Assembly: GCA_973851085.1 (NCBI GenBank)
Contig: OZ316775.1
Location: forward strand, 11,098,001 to 11,162,000
Length of the DNA: 64,000 bases
Direction of reading: 5' to 3'
Source: Ptychomitrium polyphyllum
Lineage: Eukaryota
Of the stretch, positions 1-8,647 are shown piece after piece (the first letter of the stretch is position 1; the number at the start of each line of letters is the position of its first letter). The notes beneath the pieces were generated by a model that was not told the DNA's origin, ran no database searches, and saw only the letters and a program-made list of their open reading frames with translations. The position numbers and the translations under genes were made by a program.

Positions 1-2526
1 TTGGAAAAGCCTAAAAATCTTCAATTTCAAGATTATTCTAGTTTGATTTTAATGGTTGATTTGCAAGGAATTACAACAAATGTTCTCACAAAAAACTCAG
101 AAAGCTTAATAGAACTTAATGGTGGTTTAAATACAAAGCATGAAAAATTCCTTGATACAAAATTCCATGTTGAAGAACACAATGTAATTAAACAAGATAA
201 AAAATTGGAAGCTTATATATTTGAAAAAAATCTCCAAGATCTTCAATGCTTTGCTAAAGATTCACAATCTGTATTAGAAACCGCAAAAGGTAGTGATGAT
301 GATATTAGTAGATTGACTATAAACGAGAATTTTGAATATATTAATTCAAAGAATTTGCCACAGAAAAATGAAATTGAACTCAACAAAATTCTAGTTAATA
401 ATGTTAATAAATTAAAGAAAGATAAAAAAAATTATGTTGATTCAAAAGCTCTTGATATAGAAGCTACCAAGTCAGATAATATTCATCAATCATGCAAAAA
501 AATCAATAAAGATACTATATTAAATAAAAAATTGCATATAATCCCACAATTTAAAGCAAAAAAAATTAATGAAAATAATGCTATTAAATCATCTACTTTG
601 AAAAATATAAAAGAATTGAAAAATTATGCAATTAATTGTTTAGATAATTTAGATCCTGCATTAACTTTAGAAACTAAAGAAATAATGTATTCTTATCTAA
701 CAAATAAGAGCATCATCAAACAAATAAATAATCTTGAATGTTGTTCTTTATTAGATGAAAATAAGAAAATTGATAAACATATCAATAATTTTGAATCCCT
801 TTTAAAATCAGGCAAAGATAAGAACTTTGATGATAATGATTTATGTGCAACACACTTTCATAACAAAATTATAGATAATTACAATTATGTGATTTACAAT
901 GGATGTGAAAGTTCGTTATCTCAAAGTCATTCACTTATACCAGAAGATGGTGGAATTTTGAAAAATAAAAGATACACGAATGATGACATCATGCATAATG
1001 AAAAATCATTTAAATTAAAAAGTTTTGAAAGATCGTTAGATTCTTTATTTGAAAAATCTCGCACTTTCAAAAAACTATATATGAAAAAAACATGTACTCA
1101 ATATAATTCATTAAAACCATCAACACCTCCACCTCTACATACTTTGTCTACAACCTCAACAAAAGTAAGAGTGCCTTCACCAAAAGTGGATACATTATAT
1201 CCTTGTAACCCATATCCTTTTTCTAAGGAAGACTTTATTAAGGAAAAAATTGAAAGATTACATCCTTATAAACCGTGTTATCATAAAACTCATGGTTTTG
1301 ATAAGAAGAAATCAAACAACAAATCAAATAAAACTAAATTAGAATCAATAGATTATTCCACTAAACACAAGTTTCAAAGACAACATGTTTCTCAACCATT
1401 ATGTAAGATGAAAAAAGAAACTATGACAATTTCATCTCCAAAACAAGATTTGTACTTAAAACCTAATGGCATCCAAAATAATGAAAAATTTCATGAAATT
1501 AAGAAACCAGAGTCAAGTTTGCAATGTTCCAAAAAATGTAAATTTATAAAAGCTGATAATGCCTTTCCTGAACCCAAAAAATTAAAATCTTTGCATGTTG
1601 AACATGAGTCTACTGAAAATGAAATTTTTGTACCATTTGTATTTGATGATGCAAGATTCTTTATGCCAAACAAACATGATGGCATTCAAAATTCAAACGC
1701 TTCTTGTGATGAAGAACAAGAGAGAGTTTCATTAAATTCAAAAAAGAAGGTAACGGTTAATCCAAATGATTATATAATCTTACCAAGTAGTTTGCAATGT
1801 CAACAAGTCCCTACATGGGTGGCCATGGCAGATTCAAAATTTGTTACACAAGACGATAGTGGTAATTTCAATTATGAAGGTCACAGAAATCAAGAGCCTT
1901 ATTACAATGAAGTTGTACAAATTTGCCACCATCCTTTAGACACATCTGTAGAATTAAGGATTAAGGATATTGATTTGCAAACAGCACCTTGCAAAGGAAC
2001 CGAAAAAACAAAAATCATGAAAAATGGACATTTTGTAATGAAAAAGAAATCAGAAGGAGAACCTTCATGTGTTGATGAAATACATCACAAAAAGGAGGGA
2101 TATGGAAAACCTTGTTGTTGTGATCCTTCTAAAGGACATGCAACAACTTGTTACCAGTATATTCCAAATTATGAACCTCCTGAAGTAACTAGGATTAAAA
2201 AACCTACTAATTTAGATAATTCAATGGTGTATATGAACTATAAAGAACAATTCACAGCATTGAAAACAGCTCAATTCGAACAACCAGATCATGGTGACCT
2301 ATTTGAGCAACCATTACATACATTTCAAAAATATAAATCACATAAATATGGTTTGAGAAAATTACACTCTTGTAGAATGGTTGATGATGGTAATGCAAAT
2401 TTAGAATTTAGATTGAAGAAAAGAGGTAATAATGATGATTATGTTGAAAAAGGTTGTGAGTATGATAGGATAGGAAGGTATAGAAGGAGTGAATTTTCAA
2501 AACCAAAATTAAGAAAGCAATGGTAA
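1..2526 (+). CDS. Uncharacterised K/N-rich protein, 841+ codons, 5'-incomplete (frame open at window edge)
   Basis: Uninterrupted 2.5-kb frame in very AT-rich DNA where stops should be frequent; ends in TAA at 2524-2526. No domain recognised; C-terminal third is enriched in Cys/His/Pro (e.g. YGKPCCCDPSKGHATTCYQY). Confidence 0.6.
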   Translation: MEKPKNLQFQDYSSLILMVDLQGITTNVLTKNSESLIELNGGLNTKHEKFLDTKFHVEEHNVIKQDKKLEAYIFEKNLQDLQCFAKDSQSVLETAKGSDDDISRLTINENFEYINSKNLPQKNEIELNKILVNNVNKLKKDKKNYVDSKALDIEATKSDNIHQSCKKINKDTILNKKLHIIPQFKAKKINENNAIKSSTLKNIKELKNYAINCLDNLDPALTLETKEIMYSYLTNKSIIKQINNLECCSLLDENKKIDKHINNFESLLKSGKDKNFDDNDLCATHFHNKIIDNYNYVIYNGCESSLSQSHSLIPEDGGILKNKRYTNDDIMHNEKSFKLKSFERSLDSLFEKSRTFKKLYMKKTCTQYNSLKPSTPPPLHTLSTTSTKVRVPSPKVDTLYPCNPYPFSKEDFIKEKIERLHPYKPCYHKTHGFDKKKSNNKSNKTKLESIDYSTKHKFQRQHVSQPLCKMKKETMTISSPKQDLYLKPNGIQNNEKFHEIKKPESSLQCSKKCKFIKADNAFPEPKKLKSLHVEHESTENEIFVPFVFDDARFFMPNKHDGIQNSNASCDEEQERVSLNSKKKVTVNPNDYIILPSSLQCQQVPTWVAMADSKFVTQDDSGNFNYEGHRNQEPYYNEVVQICHHPLDTSVELRIKDIDLQTAPCKGTEKTKIMKNGHFVMKKKSEGEPSCVDEIHHKKEGYGKPCCCDPSKGHATTCYQYIPNYEPPEVTRIKKPTNLDNSMVYMNYKEQFTALKTAQFEQPDHGDLFEQPLHTFQKYKSHKYGLRKLHSCRMVDDGNANLEFRLKKRGNNDDYVEKGCEYDRIGRYRRSEFSKPKLRKQW

Positions 2527-4439
2527 ATGAATTAAACAAAATTTTGTTGGATGATATAATTAATATTTTTCATTCATATTCATTAGCTTGCAAACCATAA
2601 ATTGGAAAATAAAACATATAGCAACAAATGTTTCAAATGATATAAAATCTTTAACTTTGCATCACCATATACATTATAGTAAACTACGTAAATCTTTTGA
2701 TCATTACTATTTGCACAACCATTGTAACTAATTTGTAGTTCTAATTTCTAAATTATGCTATTGTCTTATTTAATGTAAAATTATGAAATACATAATTTTA
2801 ATGATAAAAATTTGCTACACCTATATTTCAAAAAAAATAAATTCCAAATGTACACTTTATTTTATGTTTTGGAAAGACTTAATGTCCCATTATAAATATA
2901 GCCAATCTTTTTTAAATGTTAGCACTTTAAAGCAGAAAAATATAATGTTTAAAGAGGTGTACCACATAATAAATTCAGAGGATTAGTGATTCAAAAATCA
3001 CATTCATGTAAATAACATTAAATAATGGTGAAAGTTGTAGAAAATAACAATTATTAATAATAAGAGGTAAATATGGAGTAATATAACAAATGAATTTTTT
3101 TTTACATTTGAAGCTTAATAAAATCCTTAGTATGATTCACTTGCAATTATTAAAAAAATTCTAAATTTTAATTTTCAATTTACACATCTAAAAGAAAATC
3201 GTCTATTAATAGAAATAACATTTATGAAGAGTGAGTTTGAGGCAAGAGTACAGATTCTCTAAACACTTTAAGTAGTAACATTTACAAATGTAATTTTCTG
3301 AGAACGCCAGAGATATTATAATAAGGGCACTAAAATATTTAGAAACATGTTAGTTAAAGAAAATTGATTACAAAAACACACCAAAAATAAAATATTAAAT
3401 TAAGCTATTTCTAATCTTTTAAGATGTCGTATTTCGTAGAATTTCATACATAAATTGCGACGCCACGAGATTTTGCTTTTTATAAGCTTCATAAAAAGCA
3501 TGAATTGGTTTTTCTCAAATAAAAAGAACCAAAATAATTTGAGATTCATTTTCTACTAGTACAAGCAAGCCAATTCGAGGGTTGGAATCCCTCGCCACTT
3601 AAGTGTTCTTTTCCCCTAAATTATTCATTTATACGCTAACATAAAATATTCTATTCTTAAAAAGAACTCATCTTCCATGTGTTTGGATGAACAATCATGA
3701 AAGCACTTAAATCTATAAAAGGACCGAGGAATAAAAACCAGAATTCAGGAAACCAAACGAAAAAAAATGCATATCAGTAAACAGCAATCCGAAAAAAAAT
3801 GCATTGCACTAAACGTTATTCATATATTTCAAACTTTTAAAATATAAAGTGATTCAGTATATAACTGTGTATGACAATCGTAAACTACTTTTTTTACCTT
3901 AAAAACTTTGGATTTGTTCATTAAATTTACATTAAGAAATTAGAGGTTTCTAAATATAAAATGATCTTAAATAGTCTTATAAGGTCTCTTGTAATGACAG
4001 TAGGCTACTGAATTTTTTGATAATTTGAGAGTTTCATTCATCCAAATTGAATGCAAATAGGACAAAGATTGCCGTTCTGCATGAGCAATAGGTGAAACTC
4101 AACTAAATCAATGTGTTCCTCAGAATAAATTATATGAACAATGCAATACAATGACTGTGTGCTAACGCTTGACTCTGCTTTCACGCCGAATCAAAGAAAC
4201 CCTAAAAGTCAGTTGCACAGTCAAATTGAGTACCATGCGAAACAATGAATTTACACATCTACCTACTGGCCAGCCCTGCATATACACAAAATCCGTTTAC
4301 GGTGCAATTAGCGAACATTCAGTATAACCAGAAGCAAACAGGTCCCCAATATGTCCACAGAAAAACATGTTTTGAAATACCTAGAGACCCTACAAAAGAA
4401 ACGACCCCAGACAAACAGCGCAAAAATACTGTTCGGCCA

Positions 4440-4519
4440 CCTGACACCTCAGTGTGTGTAACAGTGGAATGATCACAGGCTCGAAAGCTTCACTCCGCTT
4501 CTGTCGTCATCAGCTCAGG
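4440..4519 (-). ncRNA. Box C/D snoRNA, guide for 25S rRNA GAGUG(Um)GUAACA (snoR22-like, name tentative)
   Basis: Minus strand: C box TGATGA (4507-4512), D box CTGA (4449-4452), terminal CCTGA/TCAGG stem. The 10-nt guide TGTTACACAC, one nt before D, is complementary to the conserved 25S sequence GUGUGUAACA. Confidence 0.75.
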
Positions 4520-4550
4520 GGGTTCAATGCACTCTACTTTCGATTGACGC

Positions 4551-4644
4551 GCACAGCTCATCTGAAGAAATTCAACCATTTTAACCTGTTTGCTTCACTG
4601 GGTCTCCCCTCAGAAGCGCGGGTATGTTCTAATCATCGCCATAC
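4551..4644 (-). ncRNA. U36a: Box C/D snoRNA U36a-type, double guide for 25S rRNA
   Basis: C box GCGATGA (4633-4639), D' CTGA (4610-4613), variant D ATGA (4558-4561), terminal stem. The two guides match adjacent parts of 25S UGAAGAAAUUCAACCAAGCGCGGGUA. The D+5 rule gives an Am and a Gm 16 nt apart, as for plant U36a (the Am is the yeast Am2220/snR47 site). Confidence 0.85.
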
Positions 4645-4677
4645 ACTATCTCGACGCCACGTCAACCAAAGGTGCCA

Positions 4678-4800
4678 GAGTCTCAGATATCCAAGGAAGG
4701 TTTGGACGCTGCATTAGCTCTCAAGCCCGGCAGGGCGAAAGCTTTAGGCGGCCACTGCGAATGTTTGAGAAACAAGCCTAGAGTTCTATCATCACCAACT
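4678..4800 (-). ncRNA. U14: U14 box C/D snoRNA
   Basis: Minus strand reads GTGATGA...GGCTTGTTTCTCAAACATTCGCAGTGGCCGCCTAAAGCTTTCGCC...CCTTCCTTGGATATCTGA. This includes domain A (CATTCGCAGT, complementary to 18S ACUGCGAAUG), domain B (CCTTCCTTGGAT), C box 4789-4795, D box 4683-4686 and a flanking stem. Confidence 0.95.
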
Positions 4801-4848
4801 CTCGCACCTTCTTCATATTCTTAAAACATCTGAAAGAAACACCTTATA

Positions 4849-4937
4849 CGGGATCAGATTTCTGGCTTGGCTCTATCGAGCACGAACGCATACTTGGAAT
4901 CAGAATCGATCATTCGGGGAAAGTATCCTCACATCCC
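4849..4937 (-). ncRNA. Box C/D snoRNA candidate with no recognised target (orphan)
   Basis: C box GTGAGGA (4926-4932), D' CTGA (4900-4903), D CTGA (4854-4857) and a terminal GGGA/TCCC stem. It lies inside the snoRNA cluster between a GTAAGT donor and a TTTCAG acceptor. Confidence 0.65.
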
Positions 4938-4995
4938 ACCTACCGAACTTACCTCTAGCAACCAAGACTTCAAAACAAGACTACGTCACGGAAAG

Positions 4996-5086
4996 AGCTC
5001 AGAGTCGGCCATGGTATTATGGTTCGATTCATGCCAAGCAGTGTCCTCACTATTATTCAGTAGAGGGAGCTGTGAATCCTCATAGC
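4996..5086 (-). ncRNA. Box C/D snoRNA, snoR30/SNORD100-like, copy A (18S GGAGA(Gm)GGAGC)
   Basis: C ATGAGGA (5077-5083), D' CTGA (5057-5060), C' GTGAGGA (5044-5050), D CTGA (4999-5002). The D' guide GCTCCCTCT is complementary to 18S AGAGGGAGC. Near-duplicate of 5146-5238. Confidence 0.8.
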
Positions 5087-5145
5087 AGCCTCTCGTGACA
5101 GACGGATAAACACACTAATAAAATGAGAAAGAAAAGACGCACAGA

Positions 5146-5238
5146 ATGCTCAGAGCCGGCTATGATATTAGGTTCGATTCATGCCAAGCAGTTTCCTCAC
5201 TGTTATTCAGTAGAGGGAGCTGTGAATCCTCATAGCAT
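5146..5238 (-). ncRNA. Box C/D snoRNA, snoR30/SNORD100-like, copy B
   Basis: Same architecture as copy A: C 5227-5233, D' 5207-5210, C' 5194-5200, D 5150-5153, ATGC/GCAT terminal stem. The D' guide is identical between the copies. Confidence 0.8.
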
Positions 5239-5285
5239 CATATCGTAGTAAACACAAAACAAACAAAGACCTGTACCAAAAGGAG

Positions 5286-5362
5286 AACATCAGAGGGCAG
5301 GATAGCGTCACTTGCTTTCACATCGGAGGGAATCCGACTAAGAATCTGCAACTCATCCTTTG
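5286..5362 (-). ncRNA. Box C/D snoRNA, guide for 25S GGG(Am)AUCCGACU (snoR12-like, name tentative)
   Basis: C AGGATGA (5353-5359), D' CCGA (5323-5326), D CTGA (5290-5293). The 12-nt D' guide AGTCGGATTCCC is complementary to 25S GGGAAUCCGACU. Confidence 0.75.
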
Positions 5363-5537
5363 CAGCAAAGAACTCACTCAACACACCAATGAACATTAAC
5401 GACAGAAAGGCAAGCTAGCTGGCGTTGAACGTCTCAACACTTTCTACAACAGAAGGCACTTCGCCGAAGATTAGAAGAGAGTAAGGCAATGGCGAGTTAA
5501 GTAGGGCTTGCATAGTAGGAACGGCGCGGTGCTGCAT

Positions 5538-5558
5538 CTAACCCTAACCCTAACCCTA
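5538..5558. promoter_or_regulatory. Tandem telo-box-like (TAACCC)x3 upstream of the snoRNA cluster
   Basis: CTAACCCTAACCCTAACCCTA lies about 180 bp upstream (minus sense) of the first snoRNA. Telo-boxes are typical of plant snoRNA and ribosome-biogenesis promoters. Confidence 0.55.
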
Positions 5559-8500
5559 GTCCTCATAGAACGTCGGTTAATATCCTGCCTTGGAGGGTAT
5601 ATGTTCCGGTTATCACTTCCCGGTTTCATCTTCTTATGGATAAGAAAATTTGCTCTGTTCTCCACTATGTGAAGAACCAGAGGAACTCTCGTCTTTATTT
5701 GTAGAGGTGGACATGGGTAGTGGTCGCTCTCACGGATCCCTTTGTGTTTGGGTGATATTTTTCCACTACAGTCACTGTTTTAAGTGTTGCATGTTGTTGA
5801 GTTAAATTGGTTAGGTCGCGATTTGATGTAGCATTTGTTTTTGAATCAAAAAGTGTGTAAATCAAATATTTGCGTCTGTATTCCTAGTTATTTATGTTTG
5901 TGGGTACAATGGAAATGTAAGGGCCATTTCTTCAGAAGGAAGGTTAACATCGACATCATACCCATTTTGGTACCAGTGTAATATAGAGCTATAATACATG
6001 TGATACTGTACAGGTTTGTTTTGGACGGGTGGTATTTATTTTCTCATGTCAAATAAAAAAGGTTATATTGTAGTTTCTTGTACCGTATATATTCAGCAGA
6101 TCATTAGTTATTATTACTTGTTGAAAAGAATTGGGATAAAATAAAATTTGGAGATTAGTTGCTTTAACAGATTCTAAAAGATAATAAAACGATATCAAAG
6201 AAGCTAGGAACATATAGTGTATGTAGTTAAATTCATCATATTTATTCCTAGTTTGTGTAAAACAAATCACATATTTGAATTAAATAATTTATTATTCAAA
6301 TTAATCAAAAATATAACTTAAGTGTTTTTTTTCCAATAAAAAATGGTGGTTCTATATTGAGAAGGGATGTTAAAGCATCATATATTGTCAACTAGTTATA
6401 AGTTCATTTGAGGTTTTATTTCAAAGTGTAAGAAAAATATGTTAGTTTTACGTTGCTAAAATTGCATGAATTTCAATTTTTATAGTCTTATTTATAGAAT
6501 TGCTCAAAGACCAATTATCTTTAATTTTATTTTCATCCTATCTCAACAATTATTTTATTTCTCCAAGTAAAAATGCCATGGCTTGTGATTAAATTTTTTC
6601 TTTACATTTGACATGATTCTAAAATAAATTTATAAAATATCATGTTTATTAGTTCTTCAATTACCAAACAATTATGCTTTGGATAGCTCACAAATTAAAA
6701 TAAAATAAATGAGAGACATGCTTTGTACCAAAATTTCTTCTATAATACTTTTATATAGGTTTTTCAAAACATAAAATCATAGAAATCAAATGGTCATTAA
6801 GGAACCACCAAATGAACATAATTTTGCAAAAAATGTACTTTTATTCTTGCATTTGATTGGTATTACATTGGTGAATAAATACTATTTGACCTAGCATTTA
6901 CAATGTTGATGCATATATTCATCAAAATGTTATGAACATAAACATCAAATTATTATTTTTTCTTTTTGAGATAAATTGAATATTGGTGTTATTATTTAAT
7001 AAAAATTTACATAGCATTATGTTTATAGAAAATTTTCTTTGTTGATTGATGAATATTTTAGTCTAATATATTATCTTGATGATCCTAATACAGATTGTAA
7101 TAAGCATTAATTTTTAAGCCCCATTGTATTAATCTACTCTTATTTTAATAACTACTATGCTTGCTAAAAAATTCCACCTTAAGAATTAGAATCTCAAGAG
7201 CTAAACCTCGTATACCCTATATGCATATTAAGTATTCTAAAGTATTTCACGGCAATAAATTTCTCACCTACAAAAGAAAAGTCTATTAATATCAAAACAA
7301 CCCATGAACATGGCGAGTTAATCACCCCATGCATTAATCCCACAGTATCCAAAGCAACCCAAAAAACCACAAAAGAATCCTACACGAGCCCAGGCAAGAC
7401 CCTTCACCTTACCGAATATTGATTCCTTGACCAGTCAGACGGACGTGCATTGCTAAATTTGGGTCGTAGAACCCAACTGTCAAAAAATCAATTCTAAAGA
7501 AGGCTCTAGAATACTAAAAAATGCGAATCCATGTCCTCCATGTTCCACGCCCAAGCACGCGGGCCCCACCTTGCCCCGATTCCAGGTGAAACTGTTCTTG
7601 TCTATCATCCCACCTGCACAAGTGAAGCCAGACCCAGAGTGCTGGCCGTTCAATCAAGTCGTTGCTATGCAATTGTCGTGTTGCAACGTCGTGTGCTGGT
7701 TCCTCGACAAAGCATTTAGGGTTTGGCTTCCACGCACGGGGGAATCTCACAGAGGGCCACAGCTTGATGTGTAGTTAGAGGGGCACTGCAAACAACCACT
7801 TATACGTCACGGTGCAGCATGTGAGTATGGTGTGCTTGATCCACGAGAGTGGTTTTCAAGCGTGGGGTTTGTAGCAGGCCAAGTCCGCACCGACGGCCCA
7901 GATGTGGCATCTTTTTCCGGGATTCCAATCTAACGGCCTCGATGGAACCATTCATGGCTGTGCAGGGGATGTGAGGATGGAGTGCTGATTGCTGTACTCG
8001 TGAGAAGAATGTGAGCTTCGACACATAATGGGGGTTTTCCCGTGATGATGAACTCGGTGCGGGTAGATTCTGGTTATCAGGTTTTCTGTTGATTGTGCTG
8101 TTTCGCAGTTAAGCGTTTCTGCTGGGATCATGTTGCGTTGTCCGTGTTAGCAGTGTCGGTTCTTCGGGATTTGGAGTCCTTGCTGTCATCATGTCGACCC
8201 TTTCCTTCATCGTTTTCCTGCAGTTCGTTGCGCTTGAACATCGTGAAATGGCCATCTGGGTTTTTTATTGCTATATAGCTTGTACCTAAGTATGGCAACC
8301 GAATGCTCGACGAGGATCTAACATGCCCGTGGATGCGTAGGTGATAACATTTCCAAAGTACCAGAGAATGAATGGCTTAATTCAGTATGTTCTATCCAGA
8401 ATCTTGTTTCTGTAGTTGGACTGTGTCGTAATGCAAGTAGCAGATTTTTCTATGCGGTAATTCAGAATAATGATGCATTTGTTTGTGACTGTAGGAGGCA

Positions 8501-8647
8501 GGAGACTTCCTTGCACTTTCAAGTAGATGGGGAACTGTAACCTGGTGAATTTTTTGAAGAATCGTTGCTCTTTTTTGTTGGAGTGAAGAGTTGCGGCGTG
8601 GAGTACAAGAGCAGCCTTGGTGTGGCCAGGGTTTTGCAAAACCTTAA

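Noticed and set aside
3576..3597. tRNA T-arm-like hairpin CGAGGG-TTGGAAT-CCCTCG followed by CCA
   Set aside because: No D-arm, anticodon arm or acceptor stem, and the loop lacks TTC; at most a tRNA or SINE relic.
4245..5085. Short plus-strand ORFs (63-87 aa)
   Set aside because: They are antisense to the snoRNA cluster and show no protein-like features.
5538..5558. (TTAGGG)3 as a telomere remnant or telomerase RNA template
   Set aside because: Only three units in a promoter position, with no USE/TATA Pol III promoter context seen; a telo-box is the simpler explanation.
7514..8639. Overlapping short ORFs upstream of the RUS gene
   Set aside because: Region looks like a GC-rich promoter and 5'UTR (telo-box near 7716, GGCCC site-II-like motifs); no motifs in any frame.
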